Part shown: piece after piece, positions 1 through 13,874 of the stretch
Layout of the letters: each line of letters starts with the position of its first letter
Position numbering within the stretch: position 1 is the stretch's first letter
NCBI RefSeq assembly: GCF_036321535.1
Contig: NC_087436.1
Coordinates: forward strand, 112,470,001-112,534,000
Origin: Camelus dromedarius
Lineage: Eukaryota
Direction of reading: 5' to 3'
DNA: 64,000 bases
Position numbers and translations under genes: made by a program
Notes under the pieces: model-generated
What the model was told of the DNA's origin: nothing
Seen by the model: only the letters and a program-made list of their open reading frames with translations
Databases searched by the model: none

Positions 1-550
1 TACTTCAGTTTTAAGGAAAAAGAATAATGCCTTCCGAGTACAGCAAGTTTGAGTATATATGAAATTGTGTCCAAATGCATGATCACTTTACATATTTTTA
101 ACATAAACGGTACTTTAAGTCAGTATATTTACAATCTTTCTCATCCATGAAGTACTCTGATAAACAGGAAACAACAAAATTATGAAGCATAAAGTTAGTT
201 TCAAAGTTTCATCTGGAAGGTTCTCTGTCAGAGAACGCAAGCTTGAGGAAGTACTCACAAAGCCGCGTCTGACGTTTCGCAGCTGTGCTCAGTTGAGTAA
301 TGGACCTGTGTAGGTGGTAAACTCTGGAAGAAGAACTACAAAGTTGCATTTTGAAAAAGGATTTCTTCATTAAAATATGTCTCATATACACGAGGAGAAC
401 TATTAACTTGTTATTCTCATAGTTATGAGAAATGAATTTCCTACAAAGTTTAGAAATTCCTTGATTGTTTGAAATTTTCATCTACAGTATTTTAAAGGAT
501 ATTTATTTTATCTTTGTTTTTTTGTATTCTTCTCTCCTTTTAAAATCCAG

Positions 551-669
551 CTCATGGTGTTTGGGATCTTCCTGTGCCTGGATGCATTTCTGTACGTGTT
601 CACTTTGCTTCCTTTAAGAGTTTTCCTGGCACTGTTCAGGCTCTTCACGCTGCCTTGCTCTGGCTTAAG
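551..669 (+). CDS. TAPT1: TAPT1 coding exon (human exon 3 equivalent)
   Basis: ccag|CTC ATG GTG ... TTA AG|gtaagt; 119 nt; LMVFGIFLCLDAFLYVFTLLPLRVFLALFRLFTLPCSGL(R), recognised as TAPT1. Confidence 0.96.
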
Positions 670-3150
670 GTAAGTTTCAGATCATGAACTATTTCAAATG
701 TCTAGATTATTTTTACTGCTTGTAGTTAAAATAAATAATCACTTGGATAGATTTTTTTAGAATGGGGATAATTCATAAAGTTGCATTCACACTTTGGCCC
801 TTACTGTATAAACTAATGCTTTTGTCTTTTTAGTGAATATTATATATTTCTGCTTTTTATATGCACATTTTTCTTTCCAAATGTTTTTGAACCAGAACTT
901 TGCTCCGGCCAGTGACCTAATGTTAGCAATGCAGGAGTCTGTGTGGAAGAGTAGGAAGGACCCAGCACTGGGTCAAGGACCTCATTACCACTCTGCCACC
1001 TCACCCAGTGCCTTTATTTTCTTGGCATCTCTCGGCCTCCTGGGCATTATCTGTAAAGTGAAGGCTTTTGTTCTGGTCTGAGAGGCGAGGGCGAGTGGCA
1101 TCAGAATCTCCCAGGGAGCTCTTAGCTGCAGGGTTTCTCCTCCATCTCACTTGACAGTCACTGCGCGCGTGGCCTAGCGAGCCTTAGTTACTGCTTACAG
1201 GTGAGACGCGCTCTGATTTGTGAGAGGGGCAAACTCTGGAAGACCATCGTCCTGCTGGGAAGGATCACCAGCCTGGTCAAGCGCTGATTAGCTGGTGAGC
1301 TGTGGGCAACTGCCTAACTTCTCCAAGCCTGTGTCTCCGTCAGTAGAAAGGGGATGTTGAGAACCAGTATCTTTTACCACAAAGACTGAGGTGTAAAAAG
1401 AATACTCAGTGTAGTGCCTGGTGCAGTAGACAGGAACAAATACTATTTCCTTCCTTCTCTACCAAAAGTAGACACAGGAAGATGAAAATGTAAAACTAAC
1501 GTGACTCTTCATGCTTTGTTGATCTTGAGGTTAGAAATTTGGAGTTGACAGTTTTTCCTCTGTGTTGTTATGTCAACGTACGTCCGCTCGGGGTGGTCAC
1601 TCCCTGTAACGTTGCTGCAGAGCTCTCGCTCCAGCTGCCCAAGGGAGGTGTCTAGCATGCATCACGGTTCTAAATACATTTCATTCTGAAAAAGTTTTAA
1701 AATACTGAAATGGACAATAATACGTGAAACTTTATTTAACTATAAAGTAGGTGATTCAGCCATGGTATATAAAATATATAATTAATAACATGATAAAGGA
1801 TAACTTAAAAATTATTAGTCAATATACAGAACTGTATGTTGAAATTTTTTAAAGACTGAAGTCATGGAAGATTCTCTTCTAATGTAGTAAATGAACATAT
1901 ACTTAATATTTAGTAAGCTCTGATTAACACATGCATTCATTTTTAAAATGAGCCTTAGTTTTAATAAGAAAGATATCCTTCTAGTATAAATTGGAAGAAT
2001 TTATTTATTGATCATGATGATCATATTGTGGTAAGAGGAAAACTTCTTTGCAAGATTGCATGGAGTAAAACAATGATAAGAATAAGATCACATCATTGTT
2101 TTATGTGATACTTTATGTTCTGTAATCTTATTGTCCTTCCAGAATGAGAGAATTATGTTACGTATTTTATTAATTACATGTTAATCAAATGGGAGAATCT
2201 TTTTTAGGAATTCACCATTAACTTTAAGAAATTCAGGTACACACTTTATGCCTTTGGGAGAATTTTTAAGAAGGCTTTGTTCATATCAGCACACCTTTTT
2301 TAAAGACATTTGGAGCATGGCACTTCAATGTTAACAAAGCCTAACCTCGTATTCTGTCACTGTTCCTTTATCATCATTGGGAGCCCAATAAAATCGTGGC
2401 TATTTTAAGAAGAGCAGGAAAGAAGTCTAGTAAGACATTACTAAACATAAATCTTCACGTGCAATTGCGTGACAAGGATGGACACCCGGAAAATTGGGTA
2501 AAGCCAGGTGCAAGTACCTGACATAAGACAGCTCGTGCCGTGTGGAGATGCTCACGTCTGCACTATGAGTGAGATTAGTTTTTAGCTGTTGTTTGGTCAA
2601 CAGTGTGAGGCAGATCACGTTCTAGCCATCTTGGCACAAGTAGCCTTTAAAGACAGCGCATGTTCTAATGACTGTTGGCATGATGAGCTAGAACATTAGG
2701 AGGATGTGTACCCTAGAAACACCCTTCCGGGGGGGCTCCTTGGGTGTGTTAGTGGACGTTCGCTGGCTGAGGGATTTGAAATGTTCCCAAGGACCTCTTA
2801 TTTTAGGTCCTTATCTGAAGAGCAATCTTGTTGCACAGGCATCTAAGCTGTGTCTCTTGTCACTTGGGGGAGCAAGACACCAAAGTAACATTAGAGCAGT
2901 CTTTGTTCTGAGAACACAGAGGTGATGCAGCGCTGGGAAGCCGGTGCCCGCTACTCGCATTCGCTGGAGTGCGTGGTTGGTGGTCCCTGAGCCAGCCATT
3001 TCTAGGTATTTTAAGATTTTTTAAAGCATATAAAGTAAAGATGATAACTTTTGTGGATCACTTTAAAATATTTTTCAATCTAAATTAATCTGAGTAACAT
3101 TTTAAAACAGAATTCAAATACATTCTATTTTCAAGGTTTTAGGGCTTAAC

Positions 3151-3167
3151 TGACACCAGAGGGCAGC
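3151..3167 (+). promoter_or_regulatory. CTCF-like motif (intron 3)
   Basis: TGACACCAGAGGGCAGC matches the core CCASYAGRKGGCRS at 13/14 positions; motif only. Confidence 0.4.
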
Positions 3168-6100
3168 CTGTTAACACTGATACCTGTGGAAACAGTTCTT
3201 GCTGTTTCTGCAGTTTGGATCAACTGAAAAATTACATTTTATGCCATCACTAATAAATACATGATAATGTAAAACGTAACATGCAGTTAAAATTTTTATT
3301 ATAACAGAATTTCAGCACTTTTAAATGCTCGATGTGAGTACAGATATAGAATATTAAGATACTGCCTTCCTGTCTTAATGCCTAAAGTATAATTTATCAG
3401 AAGTGCTTTCTACTTACAGCAATGTGAGCTGCAGTTTGTATTTTCTTTGAGCAATTTATAAAACAATGTATTTTTGAGCATTATTTTTTTAAAGCACTAA
3501 ACTTGAAATATTTGAAACTTGAAATGCAATGTGAAAAATTATATTAGCAATTATATTAGCAAAGCTGTTGTTCATATTAAGTTTAAGACCTTTCAAATAT
3601 TTTTAGGAATATAAACAAAATTATTAATCAGCCAAATTTTGCCTTCTTATAGCTTTTCTTCCAACATTGTCTGCTTCCATGAAAGCTTGTTTGATTTGTC
3701 TTGCCTGTGGCTGTACCACGTTCCATCTTTTTCAGCAAAAGCAAGAAGTGCTCTTTCCTCCAGTCTGACTTTACTTTTTCAAAGGGATAAGACGGAATTA
3801 AAGAGACCAGCAAAGAAGTTGGTTGTATTCTTTTATCTGTTTTCTTTTTCTCACACTCCTGGATTTTAGTCTTCTTGCTGTTTTTGTTTTTTTTTAAAGT
3901 TACTATCTTCCTAGTTCCTTAGTTCTTTGAAAGTATTCCCCAAAAGGGTGAAAAAAGAGATATTTGTCCAAGTAACCGAGATGCTGACTTGGAAACAGGA
4001 GCTGTTTGCGGTCTCCAGTGCGGTGGTGTCAGCGTCGTGCCGGCAGCAGAGCGCTGTTAGCGCCCTCCTTCCAGAAATGAGATTAGCGTTCCCGCCTCCG
4101 CTACTTGCACAGTTAGATCTGGTACAGCATTTGCAAGAGGCTTCTGAAAGCTGACAGTCTCCCAGATTTTCTGCTTTAGAATTGATTCTTTAAACCTATT
4201 TCCAAATCTTTCGCAGACTTGCCATGGTGTTTGGTTTTGGCTTTGGGGTTTAAAGTGCTGACAGCCAAGTAGCCTCACTGCCTTTCATTAAGGCTGAGGA
4301 CCAGAGCGGTTCTGCCACCTCTCAAGGAAACCCAGCCTTCATTGTGATTGGCTCCACTGGTGAGCATTTTGCCAACTTTTGACTCTGTTAAAATATTCTT
4401 CATTTTGAAATGTTGGCAGGGTGATTTTCTTGCCTCTGTAGTTGTATATGTGTTGTCTGCAAAGGATGCACTGTTTCCATAAAAAGTTTATACCTGTCCT
4501 TAGTAATATCAAGAACATTTAAGTGAAAGCTATTGCTAATGAATTAACAATCTTGAAAAATCCTTGCCGCCAAATATTTTGCTTAGACCAAAATAAATAA
4601 AGAAATACATCCAGATTCTTTAAAAGCTGTTTCATTAAAGTACTTCTTCCCTCTTTCCCCAATAGGGTAGTATAATTTGGAAAAACATTTGAGAAACTTA
4701 CTGAATTAGGATAATTTTTTTAATGAGGAGGACATGGAAATCAGAATTGAAATTTGATTCATTATATGAGGTCTCTGTGTTCTTGGGAGAATGAAAGTAT
4801 TTTGTTTTTTAGAAAAATAGAATGCTCTCTATTATGCTAAAGAGGTATCCAACATCTTTTTTTCCAAAATTATAGAATAAATAAGTAATAACCAACTGTA
4901 CGTGTGGTTTTAATTTACCTGGCATTTCTGTGAATCCTTTTTCCTCCTCAAACCTGCGACTTCGTTTTGTGTTTCAGATTTTTCATATTTGAGTTAAAAA
5001 TTGAGGGAGATTGTAGAGAAAAATGATACTATCTAGTGCCAAGAACAGATAGTTTTGAAAACCTTGCTAAAATATTTTAGACAGTAATAGTGTAGAGTAG
5101 GTTTAAGTAAGAAATGCTGGCGTATTTTTCTTTTGCTATTAGAGTAAATAAAATATGTGCAAGGAAATTTTATGGATCTCATGCCATGGTTTTAGGCATA
5201 ACTCTTACTTGAGGCTTAAAGTACTTTTTTGTTTTTAAGAGGCAATGATGTCTTTCTTTTGAGAATTTACCCTTAGAAAGCTCTTATCTCCCTGAAGAAT
5301 GATGAATTTCAAATGCTTGAGTTTCTTAACCCATTGGGTTTTCCTCCGTATGCCTTACCTCCTTCAAGGTAGTTCTACCTAAAATTAACTTCACATACAT
5401 AAACACACACATATACATATACAGTAGATTTTTCCCTTTTTAGACATAAGCCTTAATTTTGGCCTGAGTGACCAGTGCCACCCCCTGTCGCACGTGTAGG
5501 GAGAGCTCTTGATAGCTTTCTCTGGGGAAACGAGCATGGCTGTTATTTCCTCTTACCAGGGCTGATCTGTGTGGCTGAGTTGTAGGGAGCAGTACATTGA
5601 TTAGAGAGTCTTCATAACCTCAGGTTGTGTCGTCCCCCGTCTCCTCACCGGGACGCTCTAAGCAGCGTGGCAACATGACAACCTTCTCTCTCTCTTTCTC
5701 TCTCGTGAATCAGACGGAGGGAGGAGCACTTTCACTTCCTTTATAGGATGGAATGTGGTGTCACAGGGACTCCTCGTGGTGAGTAAACCCTGACTTTTCC
5801 TTCTATACTCTTGGCCAAATTGACATCAGTACAAACGTATATTAATCATGATGAAAAAAAATCAGCAGATACAGCCATTTGGGGATGGACACATACTGAA
5901 GCAATGTGGTTCCCCATTCTTACTTGGTCATAACATTACTTTGTCCACATTTGGTCAGGATTTGAGCATGATCTCACCTAACAGAAAAATCACTTGATAA
6001 AATGATCTTTAATTCTATGCATCAGTCTAGATTTGACAGCAAATAGGTCATTTCCAATGCCCCATCACTCACCTTCAATATAAGCAGTTTTTATTTTGCA

Positions 6101-7689
6101 TCATTCCAAGCACCAAATACAGCTTTATAAAACCAGTACTTCTTCTGATAGTTTGAAATTATTGTAAAGCCGAAAGAATACTTTAATCATTCCATTTAAG
6201 CATTTGTAACTATTTTCTACTGTATGTCACAGAAACTTAAGACTTAAAAATTTCAGTTTTCTAATTAAGGAAAACATCTTCATCTCAATACTTTATTCTA
6301 CTTTAAAATTATAAAATGACTTTTCCAAAAATGGGGACCATTTTTATTATTTTACATTTTTTTCCAGTAGTGCTTGTATTTCTTCATTCTTTCAATTATA
6401 CCACAAATAGCTAAAAATATTAAAAGAGAAAGAGAGCAAGAAAGAGCCAGTCTGTGTCTTTTGTAATGAAACACTTCATGCTGGCACCGTGGCATATTTC
6501 AGCGCCGATCGGAAAGTTAGCTCGGCAGGGATTACCTCATTTGCTTGGTCATTTGTGTTGCCTCTTCTTCCTTCCTGATCTTTCTGTTTACTACCAGCTT
6601 TTACTTTAGTCTTAGTTGGCATATTATCTCCTGCTAAACAGGCAAGGAAAAGCCTTGGTCGTCTTTTTATGCTACATCTTTCTTATTCCCATAAAGCGTC
6701 CTTTGAAGCAACTGGGTCACTTTATTTGATAATTGTGCAAATCCAATGGAAGTATTTGAATGACCGAAAGATAAAATTTAGATATGCAGAAAATTTAAAT
6801 TCTGTAAGAGTGGCTTAACTTGAAAATTTAAGAATTTTTAAGTTCTCCTGAATAGTGTTTAATATGACTTGTCTCATGATAACTGGCAGCCAACCTGTAA
6901 ACTAGATTCATGGGTTTTTCGCTTGGTCCAATGGCTTCCTCCACTTGTTTATGTGTTAGTGTGGGATTTTCAGCATTTGCACAATGAATTGCCAGTAACT
7001 ACTGTTTAAGAGGCATTTATAAGGAAGAAGTTTGGCCTGGAAGTATTGTTCAAAAGCCGATTCGGAGTTGATTGGCAGGGCTGTAGATAAGCATTTCCAG
7101 CTCCATAAGCAGCTTATCGTATAGTCATGCAGAAATACCCCAGCAGAGGAGGAAGCCAATACTGGGACTGGTTCAAGTTGTTTTAACCAGGTCAACTCAT
7201 TTTGAGGTTGGTTCTTTTTCTTACTCAGAGAGGCTGTGATACATGTGATCCTGCCTTAGAAACAGTTTTTTATTATTGCAGCTTTCCTTTTTCATTAGCA
7301 GGGACATTTATATGAAAGCAAGACCCTTGTTTCTTAAGAGTTCTGCTGCTTTTATTTTTTATTTGAATAAATCTCCTTAATTTTGAAAATCAGAGCCATC
7401 TTTGTAGCAACCAGCTATGATATAAGCAATGGAAAATTTTCACCAGAGAGTGCACAGAAGGCAGGGACTCTAATAGAAATAGTCTTGTTTATTCTCTTTT
7501 TAGAAATAAAGCACAAAAATTATAGCTAATTTGTTTTTTAGCACAATAATTTTTCCAAGTGAAGTGACAGTACAGTGATAAATTATACAGTATTACATTT
7601 TGCTGAAAACATAAAATGTGCTGGGTTGCTGATTCCTGTAAGTTTAAAAGTTCTTTTAAAGAAAAGTCTAGAATGGTAGATAGGAGTGA

Positions 7690-7890
7690 GAACATGCCTT
7701 CTGGAGCCAGATGCCAAAGGTCAGATCCCTGCTCCCCTCACTTCCTGATTCTTAACTCTGCAGCTGCAGGCACATTCTTGACTACTCTTTGCATCATCTG
7801 TGAAATTGAGATGGTGTGGTACCTTCCTCATAGGATTATAGTGAAAAATAAAACAGGTATATATACAAAGTGCCTAGAATAATACCTGCC
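7690..7890 (+). mobile_element. MIR SINE remnant
   Basis: tctggagccagatg...ggtcagatccctgctcc...catctgtgaaattgagatggtgtggtaccttcctcataggattatagtg...aaagtgcctagaataatacctg. Confidence 0.7.
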
Positions 7891-8187
7891 AGAGTAACTG
7901 TGGATTGTACCATAAGGTGCTTCTACAACTCTTCTGTCATTTTTACAACCTGATTTAATCCCAGGCAAAATAAAGCTAAATTCAAGTTATTTATGCTAAA
8001 TTTTTAAATTTAATTAATTATCATCTTGGTTCAAAATGTGTAGTATTATGTTATTTGGGGATATCTCTTTCTAATGTTTTGTAGCTCTAAATTCTAACAG
8101 TGACTTGTATTAAATATAATACTCCTTCAGAGATACACTAGCACATTGTTCCTTTGTTGCACATGTTTATAAAGAAGCACAATTGGA

Positions 8188-8250
8188 TATATATACATAT
8201 ATATACACACATGTATATATATGTGTGTGTGTATATATACATATATATAT
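8188..8250. repeat. Compound (TA)/(CA)/(TG) microsatellite, quasi-palindromic
   Basis: About 63 nt of alternating purine-pyrimidine; tatatacacacat and atgtgtgtgtgtatata arms are complementary. Confidence 0.9.
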
Positions 8251-9799
8251 AAAATCCTTTTATCTCTTAAATTAGATGCTTTGCCTGAGATCACTTAACT
8301 AAGTAGATGCCAATCTAGTACCGAAAGCTCTAAGTATAGATTTCTAGTTTAATTAGCTTTCTAAATCTTTCGGTAATTAATGCAAATTCATTAATACCAC
8401 CCTACTTTTTGTTCCTGTCATTTTTTTTTTTAAATTCATAAAACATGACCTATAGTTCCTAATTACAAAGGCCCACACTGTGTGGGCGATTTGGGATTTT
8501 CAGCGTGTGCTCAGCTGTGTCTGTAATTCTGAGGGGGAGGTGGGTGTGTCCTCCTTGCTAATGCTTCAGTTTGTCCCCTGGCCATCCCAGGGAGACAGGC
8601 ACACAGGCCAGGAGCCCAAGAGTGTTCAGATGTCTCCTCTTCTCATTGTTTGAATTGAAAATACATGTAGCTCCAACTTTTGACAAATGTAATACCTCTT
8701 CTGTTTTTAATCTTAGAGTCGGGGCTGAAATTACCTTGATAGCTGAATAGCCCTCGGCAGAGTTGTGTGTTTGGAGATGGGAGATAAGGCTCACTGTGGT
8801 TTTCATAAGGAGGAAAGGGCCAGAGTCTGCCTGGGAGGGAGAGGGACAGCACTGCAGACAGAAAGGGACACAGAAATGGTGATAGAGAGACTGGTCAACT
8901 TTACTCTCGATGCGGTTTTACCCAGAATTTCAACTTTAACCGCTAAGAATAACTTCCCTCGGTTTATGGCGCTTGTCTGAGGACACATGGTCTGACCGGG
9001 ACCATTCGGACCCGTCCCCATTTAGGCTCGTTGGTTCAGCCCAGTGTCTCATCTGCTTCTAGCCCTTCCTGGACACAGTCTTCACCGAACCTGCCTCTTT
9101 TCAGGACTTCAGCAGTATTCCGTGTTCTCTCTGTGAACAGATCAGATTCATACCTGACTGAAAGCCACGTGCAGTGTGCACTGTAGAAAACAAGGGTAGG
9201 TCTGTATCACTGCTCACAGGATTGGCATTGTACACCTCCCCGTCATCCTATAAAACAGTGTTCTGGGTGGTGGTTCGGAAGAAATACAGATTCCTTGTTG
9301 AACCCTACTAGGATCTTTGGAAGAAAGGCGCCCCTGATCTGAATGTGGACAAGGGCTCGGAAGGAGCGCCAGAGAATAGGGAGCCAAGGAATGATACCAA
9401 GTAAGTCAGAGCTCAGGAGGCCTTCGGCCCCCAAGAGCCAGCTTGCCCCTGGGGTGTTTGCCAAAATGTCGTAACGACAGGTGGCAGTGAAGAGGCTCTG
9501 TGGCCCCTAGTGAAGATATCCGGGCTGTGTGTTGACCGTACTGTTCACGCAGTGGCCAGAGCGGGAGACTGAGCATCTTCTGCTTTGAGGAATGAGCCTG
9601 CAGGAGACAGAGAAAGCACCTCTCCCGTTCCTGTCCCAGGAGTTTTATATCCAGTGAAAGTAACCTTAACTTTCTTCTTTTCTTACTTGCTTTTTGCTGA
9701 GTCTTAGGAAGACATTTCCATTGACAGTTTAGGTTAGCCCTTAATACTCTGACCTCAGAAGTAAGGAATGATTCAACTCATATTAAGTAGGAAAAGCTG

Positions 9800-10056
9800 T
9801 AGTTGAACCTTAAGGAGCCAGGGGTGAGGGGTCCTGACCCTACACCTAGTTGAAAATCTGTGTGTGACTTTATAACCAGCCCTCTAAATACACGGTCCCT
9901 CCGTATCCAAGATTCCGTCACATCTGTGTTTTCACTTCCATGGATTTAACCAACTGCAGACCATGTAGTACTGTAGCACATGTTTATTGAAGAAAATCCA
10001 TCTATAAGCTGACCCAGGTAGTTCAAACTTGTGTTATTCCCAAGTACTTTCAACTC
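9800..10056 (-). mobile_element. Tigger2-derived MITE (MER8-like)
   Basis: Minus strand reads aataacacaagtttgaactacctgggtcagcttatagatggattttcttcaataaa, like the Tigger2 terminus; degenerate TIR tagttgaacc at left. Confidence 0.65.
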
Positions 10057-10960
10057 ATGTCACGGAGGGCTAACTTCTGGAATATAAAAACTGTTCTACA
10101 AACCAGTAAGGAAACGATATGAGGAGAGAATTCACATAAAGTGTAAGTAACTTAAATGTATGAAGATGTCAGTTTCCTGATGAGAGAAACTAACTCTGAA
10201 ACTGCTAGGTCCGATTTTTCACCAGTGGGATTGGCAAAGATCCCAGAGCCAATCGAACACGGAGCCCATGGGCTCGCACGTTTCTAGTGCAAGTGTAAGT
10301 TGGTTCAACCCCTGCAGAGGGCAATACAGCTGCTGTTACCAGAAGGTCAAGTGAGCGTAGCCTTGAAATCCCAAGTTTAGAATAGATGGCACTTTCACTT
10401 ACGAGACATGACACGCACGGTGCATCATGGTTTGCAGTTGCAAAGGCTGGAAATCTGTCAATGATGTGTTAAATAAATTCTGATCCGCACGGTGGAGCAC
10501 TGCACTGCCATGGAAACACGAGCTCCTTTGAACAGATGTGGAAAAATCTATTATGCTGTTAAATAAAAAGTATGAAATACAGAGCAGCGTGCACAGAATG
10601 CTAACATTGTGTGAGAAGAGCTGATCAGCGGGCTATAAAGACTTCCTGACAAGGTGACAGGCTTGTGTCTTAATTGAGAAAATCCATTGCTTCAAAGCGC
10701 TCTATCCGCCACCTGCCCTGTGTGTTCCCCACTTCTAGTGGTAACTCTGGTTTCACGTCTTTATACTCTGTACTTGGGCAGAAAGCTTGATGCTGCTGAG
10801 TAGTCAGTTAGCATAACTTTCCTTGTTTGCTTGAAATTTTTAAAAGGTCACCCTCATTCCCATTACTTCAGTGTGCCAGTGTGTGTCCAGTAAAGATTAT
10901 TTATTCAAGAACATACAAGGTAGTAAGACTCACATTTTTATTACTTCTCGTATGTTTCAG

Positions 10961-11123
10961 GGACAGACGTCTGCTCCAGCCTGCCCAGGTGTGTGACATC
11001 TTGAAGGGTGTCATTTTGGTCATCTGCTATTTCATGATGCACTACGTGGACTACTCCATGATGTACCACCTGATTCGGGGACAGTCGGTCATCAAGCTCT
11101 ACATCATCTACAACATGCTCGAG
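10961..11123 (+). CDS. TAPT1: TAPT1 exon 4 equivalent
   Basis: tttcag|G GAC AGA ... CTC GAG|gtgtgt; 163 nt; DRRLLQPAQVCDILKGVILVICYFMMHYVDYSMMYHLIRGQSVIKLYIIYNMLE; phase matches previous exon. Confidence 0.97.
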
Positions 11124-12479
11124 GTGTGTGAGGACGCGCGTCCACCCGCCCAGTCTGCCCGGCCCCCCGCCTGCACGGGGCTGATGGGCGGCACACAGCC
11201 TCAGGTCTTCCAGTGTAGAGTGCTTTCCTGCCACCCCTGGGAATGGTGTTTGTACGGTCACGGGGTACCTTGTTAAAGTGCAGACTCTGATTTGGAAGAT
11301 CTGGGCTGGAGCTGGAGAATCTGTCTAACGAGGTGGTGCCTGTGCTGCTGGACCTGGGACACACTTAGGGCAGCAGGTCCTCCGGGCATGACGTGTCCTC
11401 AAGTGGGAAGAAGGGGACCTGTCGCCCAGACATTTTTGAGTCTGTACACCTTTAGAACGTACACTGTCAAATGCTAGGGAAGTTATTTCGCAAATTCATT
11501 GGAAACGTAGGTATACTTTATGCTAGAACTTTAAAATTTATGAAGAAAATATTAGGATTATGTATATGTTGGCTATAATAGATTTACCTTTTTAATTTCT
11601 TTTAAATTTTTACAGAGAGCAAGTAAATGTAAGTTTCCCAATTTTTCTAAGTCCTTAACATTTGTAATACAATATGTCATGTTAAAGTAGTCATCATGTG
11701 AAAATCTACATTTATACAAAAAATAAGCAGTTACTCAAAGCAAAAGAAATGCCTTACTTTATAGACAGAATCTTAGTAAGTTTTTAAAATAGTAGACTAC
11801 CCTAGGTTATATAGTTAACTTTTGAGATTCAAATTGCACTTTGCTATACTGCTTTTTAGGGACATAAGTAAGGTCTACCTCTCTTTTAACTTAGTCACAA
11901 ATGAGTGTTCCCTAATGAATGAACACACGGGGTGAGGTGGGGGCAGCTGGCCTCTCTGCTCCGCTGAGGGGATGAGGGTCTTCCGTCTCTTCACAGAGGC
12001 TACAGAACCCTAGCCATCCTGGTTACCCCACACTCGTTGACCGAGGTGGTTGAAAACCACACCGCAGCATCCTGATTGTAGGCTCGTTGCTGTACACTCG
12101 CTTTGCCCCATCGAGTGAGATGCAGACGATGGCCATGGGTGCAGTTTGTGAAGCAGGGTAGCCGGGCTGCTCTCCCTGCCCTCCCCCACCGACCTCCCCT
12201 CCCGTCCCCCCAAGGAAGAAAAGCCTAAGCCTCCTGTGCTCGCTGGCTGGGAGCCCATCTTCACACCGGTGCCCCACTGGTCTCCTTTCCTGCCTTCTCT
12301 CTGAGAGGATCGCCGGTGACGGGGCTTCTCCCTACCCCTAACCTTAACACACCTGCCTCCTGATTTACAAAGTCCTCTACAAGGTGGTGTCATTACTGTT
12401 ACTAAGAAATAGACCAGGAAATGAATTCCTGATGAAAATGGTTTAAATACGTACCCACTTTGTAGACTACAGTTGAGGT

Positions 12480-12960
12480 GGTTTAGGCACAGTGGACGAG
12501 AGTCCAGGGCTTAGTCTGGAGGTAGACCCCCTCCCATCCTGGTTATCCAGCACACGGCTGCTGAACGACTCTAACCCTCAGCTCTCACTTGTGAAATGGA
12601 GATGCCAGGGGAATTAGGAGGATTAAGTGAGACAGCACATCGAGAGGGCTTAGCACAATGCCGGGCATGTGGTAAGAGCTCCGTGAAGGGCAGCTCTTAC
12701 TCCTTCATTCAGCAAATATGTCATCAACACTTTGTGCATGCCAGGCACTGCCTTAGACCCTGAAGGTCCAGACGTGAACGAAGCCTAGTCTTGTACTCTA
12801 CAGCTGGGAGAGGCCAGTAACCTAGGAGGTATTTGGAAATGATAATTACCATGAAGACGAAGAACAGGGTTGACACATTAGACACCATGGAGCCCCGAGA
12901 TTGGAGGATCTGGGAAGTCCTGTCTTAGAATGTGACATTCCAGCTGAATCCTGAATGCTA
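12480..12960 (+). mobile_element. MIR followed by L2 remnant
   Basis: MIR core (cttgtgaaatggagatg...gaggattaagtgagacagcac...cttagcacaatgccgggcatgtggtaag), then L2 3' end (ttcattcagcaaatat...tgccaggcactg). Confidence 0.6.
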
Positions 12961-13533
12961 TGCCCTCCTTTCTCTGTTATGTGCCTTTTTATTTATCATA
13001 CTCTATGCATGGAGGTCAGTACTTGAAAATGTCTTTAGGAAGCAAGGCTGCATACTATATGCTGTGTGATAAACCTTAAACAAATTGTTGTTTACAGATA
13101 CTAGGTATGTGTAGAATGGGTCAAATGATATGCTTATCCTAAAGGATTTAAGTTTGAATCCTGAATTTGAATTTAAAGAGTTAAAACCAGAGGTGCTATG
13201 ATTTTGATACATCGTCTCTCTTTTATTTTTGCTACTAGGTAAGACTTTCCTTGTTACAAACATAGCTAATTAGACAGTGTAACTTAAATAATATAAAATT
13301 TGAGCACTCATTTTGTGTCAGAGAATAAGAAAATTTAAGTAAGAAACAAAGATCCCTGTTCTCTTTTGGAGCTTACCTTCTAGTGGGATTTAAAAAGTCA
13401 GGGGGAAAAAAAGAAAACAATAAAAAATAAATAAATAGAAAGTCACATCTCCAGTACTTGAGTTACCTCTGAAGTTTAGTCAAATATTCAAATGGAATAT
13501 TAAGAAACACCTTTCCAAAATTTTTCTCTCTAG

Positions 13534-13669
13534 GTGGCAGATCGTCTGTTTTCATCATTTGGACAAGATATATTAGATGCTCTCTACTGGACCGCAACAG
13601 AGCCCAAAGAAAGAAAAAGAGCCCACATCGGGGTGATTCCTCATTTTTTCATGGCCGTTCTCTATGTCT
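13534..13669 (+). CDS. TAPT1: TAPT1 exon 5 equivalent (ends at U12-type donor)
   Basis: ctctag|GTG GCA GAT ... TAT GTC T|gtatcctttt; 136 nt; VADRLFSSFGQDILDALYWTATEPKERKRAHIGVIPHFFMAVLYV. Confidence 0.96.
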
Positions 13670-13759
13670 GTATCCTTTTAGACTTCTTGGAAATTCCAAG
13701 CATCATTGTGTAGTCTACATCGTTCTTTTTGGTTAGCTGTTTCTCAGTTCTGAAGGGGG

Positions 13760-13761
<2 letters not shown>

Positions 13762-13819
<58 letters not shown>
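13762..13819 (+). repeat. (GT)29 microsatellite preceded by a G run
   Basis: Perfect GT dinucleotide run about 90 nt into the U12 intron. Confidence 0.97.
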
Positions 13820-13821
<2 letters not shown>

Positions 13822-13874
13822 TAAAGATAAATGTGAAATGTCTGATCTCTTTTGAGAAATTGGTTACAGCAGTA

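Noticed and set aside
2615..2820. Possible intronic C/D snoRNA or hairpin RNA (ATGATGA at ~2680, CTGA downstream, gttctagc/gctagaac inverted repeat)
   Set aside because: No terminal stem joining the C and D boxes and no recognisable rRNA/snRNA guide; an Infernal/Rfam scan would be needed.
10827..11276. 149-aa ORF as a stand-alone gene
   Set aside because: It is TAPT1 exon 4 with intronic read-through on both sides; the same applies to ORFs at 15270, 24434 and 32492.
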